Of a stretch of DNA of 64,000 nucleotides, positions 50,850-62,649 are shown piece by piece (the stretch's first letter is position 1; every line of letters starts with the position of its first letter). A model generated the notes under the pieces. That model made no database searches. It was given only the letters and a program-made list of their open reading frames with translations, and had not been told where the DNA came from. A program made the position numbers and the translations under genes. The DNA is from Torpedo marmorata (Eukaryota): NCBI GenBank assembly GCA_977017645.1, contig OZ360223.1:99014001-99078000 (forward strand), written 5' to 3'.

Positions 50850-51105
50850 TTTTAAATTTAATTTTAAAAAAATTTATTTACAGCACGGTAGAAGCTGATT
50901 CCGGCCATTTAAACCCGTGCTGCCCAATTACACCCAAATTAACCTACAACCCTCATATGTTTTGAAGGGTGGGAGGAAACCGGAGCACCCGGGGAAAACC
51001 CACGCAGACACGGGGAGAACGTACAAACGCCTTACAGACAGTGCCGGATTCGAACCCAGGTCGCTAGCGCTGTAATAGCATTGCGCTAACCGCTACGCTA
51101 ACCAT
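50850..51105 (-). mobile_element. V-SINE
   Basis: ggaaaccggagcacccggggaaaacccacgcagacacggggagaacgtacaaac. Confidence 0.88.
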
Positions 51106-52011
51106 CCTGCCCATTGCTTATGTCTGGGTTCACTTGCTTGGATAGCACGCAAAACAAGCCTTTTCTCTCCACTTCGGCATTTGTGACAATAAACCTGAAC
51201 TTGAAATCTGATTTGAACAAAACCTAGAATTAGTTCTGGCTTAAAGTCAAAGTGGTATGTGGCCATTGAATGACAGCTGCACTCATTGCCTGCACCTTTC
51301 TACAATTACTTTTCCAAACATTTTCCACTCAAAGCCACATCAGCTAAATGTCAGGGGTAAATCCATAAAAGATCGCTTCAGAGTCAATTTGACTACGTGA
51401 CTGTGATTGGTGTTAACCTCCAATATACACACCTCAAACCAAAGAAACTCAGCAAAACCAAACTAGTAAAAGGAAGAATGACATAAATTGGGAAAACAGC
51501 CAATTAACGCATAGGTCATGCACTGAACTACAGCTCACAGCAGTCCTGTGAAGCTCCCACACCTAACCTCAGCTGGCAAAGGCACAGAAGTTCATAAATT
51601 GCTGGGTGTTGAATCAACTTCCTGTTGTACAGCCCTCCCAATGACTTCGGTGAAAATCAGAAATCAGGAAAGATGTTAGATGGTTGTCCGTTGACTTGAG
51701 CACATTGCTGCACCAACATTGTTTCATATTTTCCCTGTGACTTGCGTTATCGAGCCCATGGAGACTGTTCCCCCCACCCCCAGATCCCATTCCCTCACTT
51801 GTAACCTATTCTCTCTCATGTGAGCATTAATTTTCCGCCCACCAGGTCACTGGAGCTGTGAGGCAGAAGCACTCTGCCGCCAATCTCGGGCCCTATTCAT
51901 GAGAATTGGATAATAATATCTATCTGTCAGCGGATCTCATGTATCACCCACCATGCACAAGCACCCTAAGCCATAGTCACCTCCCATGTTTCAGTTTCCT
52001 TAGTGAAAGTC

Positions 52012-52258
52012 GGACGGCACAGTTAGCTAGCGGCTAGCACAATGCTATTACAGCGCCAGCGACCGGGTTTGAATCTGGCGGTGTCTGTAAGGAGTTTGTA
52101 CATTCTCCCTGTGTCTGCGTGGGTTTTCCCCGGGTGCTCCAGTTTTCCTCCCATCCTTCAATGTACGGGGCTGTAGATTAATTTGGGTGAAATTGGGCGG
52201 CACGGGTTTAAATGGCTGGGATTGGCTTCTACCGTGCTGTAAATAAAAATGTAAAAAA
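52012..52258 (+). mobile_element. V-SINE
   Basis: Head plus V domain as in the other copies. Confidence 0.88.
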
Positions 52259-55166
52259 AGTCTTTCAGCATCATTTTTTATCCAAAGAATTTGGGAAAAT
52301 GCGTGGAGTTATCCAAGGCGGGATGCAGGAGGGAAATCCTTGGCTTGTGCTGAACGGGAGCTCAGACCAGCATCTCCTCAAGACCTACAGAGAAACACAA
52401 AAACTGCACACGCTGGAATCTTGAGCAAAGATTTGCTGGAGGAACTCAGCAGGTCAGACAGCATCCATGGGTGAAATGGTCAGTCAACGCTTTGGATCGG
52501 GACCCTTTATCAAGACTAAGATAAAATAGGTAAAATTACATAGATAAGGGGGGACTTTACCTATTCCTGTACTTACCATTGTTTCTCTCTCTCTCTAACA
52601 TTGCTTCCCCCTCCCCCTCTTGCTAATGGTTTCTCCCTCTACCTGTCTCTCCACCTTCTCACACATTCTGTCCTATACTCTATCACCTTGGGTCCCTTTC
52701 CCCAGCTTCTTTCCCCCTTTATAAATGTAATTTGACCATTTCTACCCATGGATGCTGTCTGACCTGCTGGGTTCCTCTGGCAATTCTTTGGTCTCTTGCA
52801 GGGTCCCCAATGCTTTTATCACCTCCAGAAGTGAAGGATGCAAATCTGTCCCTATTCTCCCAGCGAGGGTGACCGTTTTGGGATTCCTGCTGCACTTTTA
52901 AACCTGCGCATGCAGACAATGAATGGGATTACAGATGAGCAGATTGCTCGAATATGTTGAAAACCATTGTGGTCATGGAACATTTCACTTCCATCAAATT
53001 ATGCCTGAATTCTTCCAGACTAATGAATGAGTCACTTAAATCCAGTTTTCCCGAACCCTGCCATCGGATACCTAATTCACATACGCAGAAAGCAAATCTG
53101 AGGGACAAACACATTTTCTGGGTTCGTAAATCCATTTTCCAACTATTTAAACAAAACATCATTTTAAAAAGGTCACAGAACTCTCAGAAGAATTTGATTT
53201 ACATTCACAAACCATCTGTACTGCACAGGGCAAGCCACTGAGGCGTAAATTAACCCTGCTTCATTCAAGGATAACAGGGATCATGAATAAAATACATTAC
53301 TGAGGGGAACAGAGAGACAAAGGTTGAATTTCCTTTGGTAAAATTCTTGCATTGAATCAGTTATGTGTTTGAAGGGATGGGAGGAGAAGCATTGAAGCAG
53401 CAACCTCTCCCCCACATTGCCTTCTGATTTTGCTCTCCAACCGCACACTCATTCAGCACAGTTTAACTCCAAGTAACCCGTCTTTCATGCTAAACAAAGA
53501 AAACTATGTTACTATGGTAACAACTGCTAACATAGGTGCCTGCATTCCCATTCGTTGCATACTTTGTGTTGGTTCACCAGCAGTGTCTGGCAGGATAGGT
53601 TGTACAATGCTGGGCTTGTGCTCCTGAGAACATTGGGGGCGGGTGGGGGGTTAGGAGGGGGGTTGGTGGGGATGGAGTTGGAAAGCAGGGTCGGGGGAGG
53701 GGGTGGGAGGATATAGCTTACAGAGGACAAAAGAGCAGACAACCATCTGGGGTCTTCAATCACCGGAAACAACAAGGAAATGAACTCGTGCAGATCATTC
53801 TGAGGAAGGCAGAGGGTGTGGGGAATAGGCAGCTTCTGTCAGTGGGACATTGGGAGAGCACAAAATCTCAAGTTCCAGTGCCATGGAGAACACTTGAACC
53901 AACTCCAACTCCACACAATGTCCGGGGCCAGTAACCCGGCCAACCGCATGGCCCACGGACCTTTGCTCAAATGTTAATCCTTCCGCCAGCTGCGAAGGAT
54001 GCCACAGTGATTCCACACAGCCTAGTGCACAGCAAGCTACCTCCAGCGGGACTAATGCAACTGTAAAGGAAGAGGATGTGCTTGGCTGCTCAGAAGGATC
54101 TGATCTCACTGGCTGGTCTTAAACTGCACTCGAGTGTACCCAAGTGAGTCTGTGGGCTGGCTGGTCTCACAGACTGAGTTATTTCAGAGGTGTCCACATG
54201 GCATTGCCGTTCAGTTGCGCCTCTTTGGATCCCAGCAGCATGCTTGGATAGCAACGACCCTGACCCCACGTCTAGTTGCAAAGGAAAACCTTTCCCCAAA
54301 GCCCTCCGACTTCTCAGATCACCAGTAGGAGGGGGCTGGCCTTCACCCTGCTCCTGCTCCACGTCAGAAGAAGCCTACATCAGCTCAGGCTGAATGGCTT
54401 TGAGTCCCCCAGTGCCTTGATGAAATAGTGGCTGCAGTGGTTCCAAGTTCTTGTCTCTCCATCCTTAGATGGTCCTGCAATTTCTAACAAAGATCGGATT
54501 GGAATGCTTTTGGTTTTGAAAGTCAAAGGGTAAATTCAGATACTGGTATGAAATGCTGGCTGAAGATGTGAGAGTGCCATCTCTTGTAAAAAGTTCTCAA
54601 CCAAGTTTCCATTGCTTCTTGAGCTACCCACCCTTATAATTATCCCTTTCCTGATGGAAGCTTATAAAATTATGAGAAGCATGGATAGGGCAGACAGTCT
54701 TTTTCCCAGGGTGGAAATGTTAAATGCTTGAGGGTTAAGATGAGGGGGGGGGAGGGTAGAACAGTTAAATGCTTGAGGGTTAAGATGAGGGGGGGGTAGA
54801 ACAGTTTAAAGGGAGGTTTACAATTCCAGGTAGGTGTCTGGAATGAGTTGCTTTGGGAGGTGGAAGCAGGTACAACAGCGACATTTAAGAGGTGTTTGAA
54901 CAGACACCTAAACTGGCAGGGGATGGAGGGATAGGGTTCATGTGCAGGCAGATGGGATTAGTTTAATTTGGCTTCATGGTTGGCACAGACAAGGTGGGGC
55001 TGAAGGGCCTGTTCCTGTGCCATACTGTTTGATGTCCTATTATCCGCGCTGCCCAGTACACAATAATGGGGTCAGGTCATTCCACTCAGAACTGGTAGGA
55101 TTCCGTGACAATGCTAGCAGGCTCATCTTAACGATCTCAATCACCAGAGAAGCAACGGATACTAAC

Positions 55167-55295
55167 GTCGATCAGATCAGAGACGTCGTGGATGTAGTAC
55201 TTGGCCACCGCAGCGTTTGTTGCTGCAAGGTTAAGCAGGTAGTCATTTCTTGCTTTGGTGCACTTCAGTTTGTTTTCAGAATACTTAGCTTGACG
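55167..55295 (-). CDS. SRGAP3: SRGAP3 exon (~6), RQAKYSENKLKCTKARNDYLLNLAATNAAVAKYYIHDVSDLID
   Basis: 129 nt; tttcccAG / GTtagt; srGAP F-BAR peptide. Confidence 0.96.
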
Positions 55296-55554
55296 CTGGG
55301 AAAGGAAATACAAGAACATTTACTGAATTCTTCACGAGATAAGTCATCACTTCAAGATTAGGTTTACCCTTGTCACATACAGAGAATAAAGTTCACTCCC
55401 ATCAGATCGAATTTCAAATCTCTTACCATTTACCACTTTCATGTGACATTCCAGTAAACCAAAGCTCCACATATACTCCAATTATACTGATAATGAATTT
55501 ATTGTCATATACAATGCACCAAAATTCTTACTTCCTGCGGCCAAACAAGATATA

Positions 55555-55792
55555 TTTAATTTAGAGATACAGCACGGTAACAGGTCCTTCCGGCCCATGA
55601 GCCTGCACTGCCCGAATACACCCATGTGACCAATTAACCAACCAACCCTGTACGTCTTTGGAATGTGGGAATAAACCGGAGCACCCAGAGGAAACCCACG
55701 CGGACATGGGGAGAACATATAAACTCCTTATAGACAGTGGTAGATTCCAACCCGGGGCTCTGTAATAGTTTTGCGGTTACCGCTACACTAAC
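55555..55792 (-). mobile_element. V-SINE
   Basis: Reverse V domain and head. Confidence 0.85.
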
Positions 55793-55814
55793 TTGGTGAT
55801 TTGTAAAAAATAAA

Positions 55815-56365
55815 CTACAGTAGTCTACTTAAAAGGAAATTTGGTATATCACCAAGGATTCTTGCAAATTTCTGCAGGTGTACCTTGGAGAGCATTCTGA
55901 CTGGTTGCATCATCGTCTGGTATGGAGGTGCCAATGCATAGGACAGGAAAAGGTTACAGAGGGTTGTAAACTCAGCCAGTGCCATCATGAGCATTAGTCT
56001 TCATTCCATTAAGGACATCTTTAAGGGGCGGTATCTTAAGAAAACAGCCTCTGTCATCAAGGACCCTCACCACCCAGGTCATGCCCTTTTCTCACTGCTG
56101 CCATCAGGAAGGAGGTACAGGAGCCTGAAGACGCACACTCAATGTTACAAAAACAGCTTATTCCTCTCCGCCATCAGATTTCTGAATGGGCAATGAACCT
56201 TTAGACACACCCTCATTTTTTTTCTCTTTTTTGCACTACTTATTTATTTTTCTTTAAATCTTGTATTTACATAATTGTAATTTTATAGTAATTTCTGCAC
56301 TATACTGCTGCTGCACAACAAATTTCATGACACGTGTTCAAGACAATAAACCTGATTCTGAATCA
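55815..56365 (+). mobile_element. Rex1 3' fragment
   Basis: IKDPHHPGHALFSLLPSGRRYRSLK; aataaacctgattctgaatc tail. Confidence 0.88.
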
Positions 56366-57624
56366 AAGAGAGAAAATAATACAAAAGATAGATAATAAAT
56401 ATTCACAGTGCAAAAAAAAAGTGACTGTGCCATAATTCTTTTGTGGTGTTGGAACAGTGCATGATGGTGGAACCCACATCCATACACATAACTTTGTTGG
56501 ACCGTACCACTGGCCATTCACTCCTAGGGCTGTGAGTGGGGTGTGCTCTGTTGGAATCCATACAATGGCAAGGAATGGGAAGAGGCCTGGCCCATTGTTC
56601 TCACTGATAGATGGGAAAAGGAAGAGCTTTAGCCGTTTGGAGTCGAGGATTAGGGGGCCAGAGCCTCAGGATAAGGGGTAGGCCATTTCGGTCTGAGATC
56701 AAGAGACATACCTTCACCCAGAAAGTGGAAAAATCACTTTCTCCAGGGATCCTGACTAATATCCGACCTTTAATCAGCAGCACTGAGCCAATTATCAGGC
56801 CCATCATAAGGTCCATAATGTTCACAGATGATTGCACAGTGCTGAATTCCATTAGCATCTCCTTGGCAAGTGAAGCAGCTCATCGTTGCTCACAGCTGGA
56901 CCCAGGCTGTACTCAGGCGTGGGCTGATAAATGGTAAGTAACACTTGTGTTACAAAAGTGCCTGGGGAGGGTCATCACTGACTAGACTTGCCTACTCTCA
57001 CATTCAGTGCCTGACCAATGAAGCACACCTTATTTAACACCCTGTCGACCTTTGTGGCCAGTTTCAGGGAGTTATGGGCTCAGACCCCTGGTCAAGGTTT
57101 TCCTCAGAAAATTGGAACACTCTGAGAAAGTTGTCCCTCAGGGCTCTCTTAGATCTCAACCCACTCAACATAAACCTATGCCCTCTAGTTCTAGAATTAT
57201 CAATCCCATGAAGTAGAGTGCGAACATTTACCTTATCCATGCCCCTCATGATTGTATAAACTTCTATAAGGTCATCCCTCAACCTCCTGCCCCAGACCCT
57301 CAACTGGACCAGCCATGGCTACAAGAACAGGTCAGAGACTGGGCATCCTGTGGTGCATCCTGCACCCAAATGCCTTTCCACCATCACAAGGCACTGGTAA
57401 AAGTGTGATGGAAAGCTCTCCACTTGCTGGGATGAGGGGGTTCCTCAGCTCTCAGCAAGGTTGACATCATCCGGTACAAAGCACTCCACAAATCAGCACC
57501 CCATCCACCAATCTAAACATTCATTCCCTTACTACTCGCACACAGTAGTTACCATGTATACTGTCTACAAAGCGCATTGTAATTAGCCATCCAGACTACT
57601 CCAACAGGACCTCCCCCATGCCTT

Positions 57625-58385
57625 TCGTAATCTTATAAACTTCTATCAGGTCTCCCCACAGCCTCTGACACTCCAGAGAAAAAAACACAAGTTTGTCCAA
57701 CTTCCATTGTAGCTCATACCTTCTAATTCAGGCAGCATCCTGGTAAACCTCTTCTGTGCCCCTTCTGAAGCCTCTATATTCTATCTATAATGGAATGCCC
57801 TGAATTGCACACAATATTCCAAGTGTGGCCTCACCAATGTTTGACGTAGCTGAACCATGACTTCCTTACTCTCACATTCAGTGCCTGATAAATGAAGCCA
57901 AGAATATCGTACACCTCGTTCACCACCCTGTCGACCTGTGTGGCCAGTTTCAGAGAGCTCTGGGCTCAGACCTCCCCTGGTCCCTCTGTACATCAAGGTT
58001 TTCCTGAGGAAATCGGAACACTCTGAGTGAGAAAGTTTCCCCTCAGGTCCCTCTTAGATATCATCCCTCTCTATAAAACTACATTCTCCAGTTCTAGAAT
58101 CGTCAACCCTGTGAAGTAGAGTGCGAGCATTTAACTTATCCATGCTCCTCATGATTGTATAAACCTCTACAAGGTCATCCCTCAACCTCCTGCACTAGGG
58201 AAATAAAGACTCAGACTATACTCTCTCCCTACAACTCAAGCCCTCCAGTCCCAGCAACATTCTGGCAAATCTCCTCTGCACCCCTTCCAGCTTATTGATA
58301 TTCTTGCTATGGATGGATATTCACAGTCCTCCCAAAGTGATCTCACCAATGCCATGTACAGCTGTATCATAATGTCCCAAAATTT
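57625..58385 (-). mobile_element. Two joined CR1 fragments
   Basis: LVRPHLEYCVQF (ORF 57781..57996) and the DDLVEVYTIM-type motif on the minus strand. Confidence 0.8.
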
Positions 58386-58606
58386 GATCTGTTCATTCAT
58401 CCGTTGCCCTGTGATCTACTGATTGTTGACGCATTGTTTCATTCCTCCCCACCACAGACTCAGCCTGGGACCTGCTCACTGCCCCATGACTCAGCATCGA
58501 GAGGAGCAGACTCCGTCTTCCCATTCTGAAAGGGAACGGTGCTGTGGTCCGTGGAGTTCCGCTCTCGCCACCCTTGCAGATCGAGGACAGGCAGCAGCCG
58601 CCTCAC

Positions 58607-58792
58607 CTTCTCCTTCATCTTCTCGATTTTCCGCACGGAACTACGGCGCTGTGGCCTGTCCTCGTGCCGGAGGAGATTCACGCTGATGTCTCCCGATTTG
58701 CTGAACTGCTTCTCTTCCTGCTTCTCGGCCTCCTTCAGTTTGCTCTCTGCACTGATGCTTTCTGCATGATACATGTGGTAGGTTTTCATCAC
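58607..58792 (-). CDS. SRGAP3: SRGAP3 exon (~5), F-BAR, VMKTYHMYHAESISAESKLKEAEKQEEK...KIEKMKEK
   Basis: 186 nt, phase 0/0; ctctacAG / GTgagg; within ORF 58460..58840. Confidence 0.96.
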
Positions 58793-58861
58793 CTGTAGAG
58801 GGAGGAGACAGTTTAATGGGCTACCCAACCATGACAGCAAACTACAGCTAACCCAAGCCTT

Positions 58862-59350
58862 TAAGATTCAAGATTCCTTTATTATCATGTAATAGTACAG
58901 AACCTGTAATATCACACGAAATTTCTTTCTGCCTGTCGTAAGGCAGACAAAGAGTCGCCATATGTGTCGCCTGGCGCCCCTTACAGTACAATAGAAAGAG
59001 AAGCAAAAGAGAGTCCCTTCAGAGTCACTGAGTGTCCTTGAATTTGCCTCCAGCCCTCCCGTAACCTCTGCAGCTGCACAGACTCCTGTATGATCCATTG
59101 GCAACCGAGCTTCAGTTCCAAACCTATGATACGATCAGGAATCCTTCAGCGCCCGAGGCCCTTCGGGAGCCCTTCTTGCCCTCAGCACCCGCTCGAATCC
59201 TGGCTCCGATACCTGGTTCCCCTGAGCCAGTGTCCGGCAGCCCGCAACCTGTGCGGGTTCCGCGACCGCAAGTCGCCCGCAGCCTGTGTAGGTCGCTCAA
59301 CCACTGATCCCCTCTTGCTGGACCGCCTCCGTGGTCACCGTCCAGTAGGA
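58862..59350 (-). mobile_element. GC-rich non-coding retroposon, copy 2
   Basis: aagattcaagattcctttatt reverse tail; CpG-rich; homologous to the 43065 and 63021 copies. Confidence 0.75.
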
Positions 59351-60082
59351 TCATCTATCTTACCTCCACCACTTCAAGGTGACTCGCAGAAGTGACGTCT
59401 TCCCATACTATTGACAGTGGTTCACAGATGAAGACATTTGAATGAATGGCCTTGTGCTCTTTTAATGGCACAGCTGGCCGAGTCACTGCCTCACAGCTCC
59501 AGAAACCCGGATTCAATCCTAACCTTGGGTGTTGTCTGTGTGCAGTTTGCACGTTCTCCCCGTGACTCCGGGGTTACCCTGGGTGCTTTGGATTTGTCCC
59601 ACACCTTACGATGTGTGGGTTGCTAGGTTAAGTTGCCCCTAGTGCGCAGTGAGTGGTACAATTGAGGTGAGTTGATAGAAGGTAGGAAGGATTGGTATAA
59701 AAAGGTGTTTGTTGGTCAGCATGGGCCAAAAGGCCTGCTTCTGTGCTGTATCGTTCACTGACTCATTTATTCATTCATTTCTAGGATCTGGGCATCACTG
59801 CAAACACCAGAGCTTATTGCCCATACCAGATTCCCCTGGTGTGAGTGGCCTGCTGCACCATTTCAAAGGCAACCACGTTGGGGCATCCATGCTCATGTAT
59901 GGAACAGAGCAAGCAAGGATTGAGATGCCTTCTCTCCAAGCCACAATCCAGTGGCTTCATAGTCATCAGTACTAAGATGAGCTATGCATTCTTTTTGTTA
60001 TATTATTAAGTGCACGGACTTCAATGGATCCGTCGATTACCAGCCCAGTCACCGACACACTGGACCATCACTATATCCCACC

Positions 60083-60675
60083 TTTGAGGCTTTATAAGGC
60101 ATTGGTGAGACCCCACAGGGAGTACGGGGTACAGTTTTGGGCTACTTATTTAAGAAAGGATATGCTGGCATTGGAGAGGGTTCAGAGAAGATTCACAAGA
60201 ATGATTCCTGGAATGAAGGGATTAGCAGATGAGGAACGTTTGTTGGCTCTTGGACTGTACTCCTTGGAGTTCAGGAGAATGAGGGGGGGGGACCTCATAG
60301 AAGTATTTTGAATGTTGAAAGGCCTGGACAGAGTAGATTTGGCAAAGTTGTTTCCCATGGTAGGGAGGTCAAGGACAAGAGGGCACAACTTCAGGATTGA
60401 AGGGTGTTCATTTAAAAAAGAGATGCGGAGGAATTTATTTAACCAGAGTGGTGAATCTCTGGAATTTGCTGCCAAGGGCAGCTGTGGAGGCCAGGTCGTT
60501 GCGTGTATTTAAGGCAGAGATTGATAGCTATCTGAATAGTCAGGGTATCAAAGGTTATGGGGCGAAGGCACGGGTGTGGGGCTGAGTGGGAGAATGGATC
60601 AGTTCATGATGGAATGGTAGAGCGGACTCGATGGACCGAATGGCCTACTTCTGCTCCGATATCTTGTGTTCTTAT
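60083..60675 (+). mobile_element. CR1 3' fragment
   Basis: LYKALVRPHREYGVQFW...LERVQRRFTRMIPGMKGL. Confidence 0.92.
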
Positions 60676-61489
60676 GGAGAGCGAGGTTTAGAGAAGAAAT
60701 GCCAGAGGTTATGGCGGAGGCAGCTGATGGAACAGCCTCAACAGTTCTTTGAAGGAAGTGGGGATGCCAAAAGAGGATAAACAACTAATCTTCCACCTCA
60801 GTTGCAGAGCACCATGTCGATATTTTTACAAACAAGTTTCCTTCCTTGGAATCACCATGCTCAACACTGAATCAATCAGTAGATTAATATTGCATCTGAA
60901 ACTCTGGGATATATTTCTTTGACATGACAGCACAGCGATTAATTTGTTGCCTGTAAGGTTTTTATTTCAGGATGTTCCTTTCCATTGACCCTGAACTGAG
61001 ATTACTGTCCAACCTTGGCACTGCTTCCTCAATCTATCAAGATAGCAATTCCATTACTGTTCAATATATTGCCTTCAAGGCTGCACAGGTTACATTGAAA
61101 TAAAATTTCCATGCCTGATGTTATGCTGCCTGCAAAGTGTCATTAAGAGTACAATGTCTGTCACCGATTTACAGGACCAGAGCTGGAAACCTCAGACCGG
61201 ATCATGAGGGAAAGGAGTCCGTGCCTGGATTAAGAGGTCCAAACTCTCTACTTGTCGTTGTACAGAGCCTGTCAGAAGGGATGTAAGACCAAGCCACTTC
61301 CAGCACAACAATGTCCCAGTGCTCAGCAGCTCCAATACAAGGGGTGGGGACTGGAGATGCAGTGAGGGGGACAATTGTACAGAGTAAACAATAAGAAGCT
61401 GGTGGGACTCAGCAGGCCGGGCAACACCCAGGAAGAGAACTGGACAGTCAGCGTTTAGGGTCAGGACCCTTTCTCGAGACTAAAGTGGG

Positions 61490-62060
61490 AAGGGAAAAGA
61501 GCGAGATGTTGGTGATAATTGTGCAGGATTTTGGTGAGGCCACACCTGGAACCTTGCATGCAGTTTTGATGCCCTTACTGAAGAAAGGATACAGTAGATT
61601 AGTGGCAGTCCAAAAGAAACTAACTCCTGAGATGAGAGAATTTCAATTAGCCTCACTTGATAGCATAATTCTCTCATCTCTCTTTACAAAAATGAGGGGT
61701 GATGTTACTGAATCGTGTAAAATCCTACGGGGGTACGACAGGGAAGATGCTGGTATGTTTCCACCAATGGACAGTCTCAAGTAAGGGGGCATAGTTACAA
61801 GATGAGGGCTCATCAAATACAGGTAGACAGTAATATCTTCTCCCAGTGCAGTGAGTCTCAGAACTCTCTGTCCCACAGCAGGTGGAGGCTGGATCTTTTG
61901 ATGTATTTAAAGTGGGGGTAGGTACATTTTTGGAAGATTGAGGGAATGGGGCCTGTGGGGATCTGGAATAGAGGAGGACTGGAGGTCTGAGGTAGATCAG
62001 CCAGTACCTTATTGGGGCAGGCTTCAGGGGCCAAGAGGCCTCCTCCTGCTCCAATCTTCT
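61490..62060 (+). mobile_element. Old CR1 3' fragment
   Basis: ttggtgaggccacacctgga, atgaggggtgatgttactgaa. Confidence 0.75.
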
Positions 62061-62249
62061 GGTGACAATGAGAGAAGGGGCTGCTAGACATGAAGAGAGG
62101 AGATGAATGGGCCAGCGTGGAGACCTCAACACTCTGCTGTGTACCTGTTCCGTGATGAGTGGGAAAGGTCCATCAGAAGCTAACAGAGGAACCTCACGAG
62201 CACCAGAGAGAGGTGCTTGGGGCTTGCAGCGTGACTCGTCAATACTCAC

Positions 62250-62312
62250 GGTGTACAGCTCGTTGGTGACCTTCAGCAGCTCCTCGTGCATTTGTTGGCC
62301 AATCTCCTTGCT
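62250..62312 (-). CDS. SRGAP3: SRGAP3 exon (~exon 4), F-BAR region, SKEIGQQMHEELLKVTNELYT
   Basis: 63 nt; acceptor ttcacAG, donor GTgagt; near-identical to recalled human SRGAP3 SKEIGLQMHEELLKVTNELYT. Confidence 0.95.
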
Positions 62313-62649
62313 CTGTGAACAATGGAAAAAAAACAGGATGTTGAGTCCACACTGCCCTCTCTGTGACACTGCACCTGGGAATGTCAGGAGCTGGAAACTT
62401 ACCAGCAGATAACAGCACTAAACGCATCAAAAGGATTCAGCAGGCAAAATCACACCTCTGTAATTCATTCCTGTGGAGGAGTTTAGGAGCAGTATTCCAG
62501 ATTTCCTTTCCTCCGCAAAGGGGAAGTGGGTCTTGATCATTTTTAGCTTGTCCAGCAATAATTTTAGGATTAAGCCTCTTTGCTTTGGATTCCAGAAAAT
62601 TCTCAAATCCTTTCCTCAAATTATATCACACCTATTTTTAGTGCCCTGA

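Noticed and set aside
54719-54807. ~45-bp tandem duplication in a CR1 remnant
   Set aside because: Ordinary local slippage with no functional signal.
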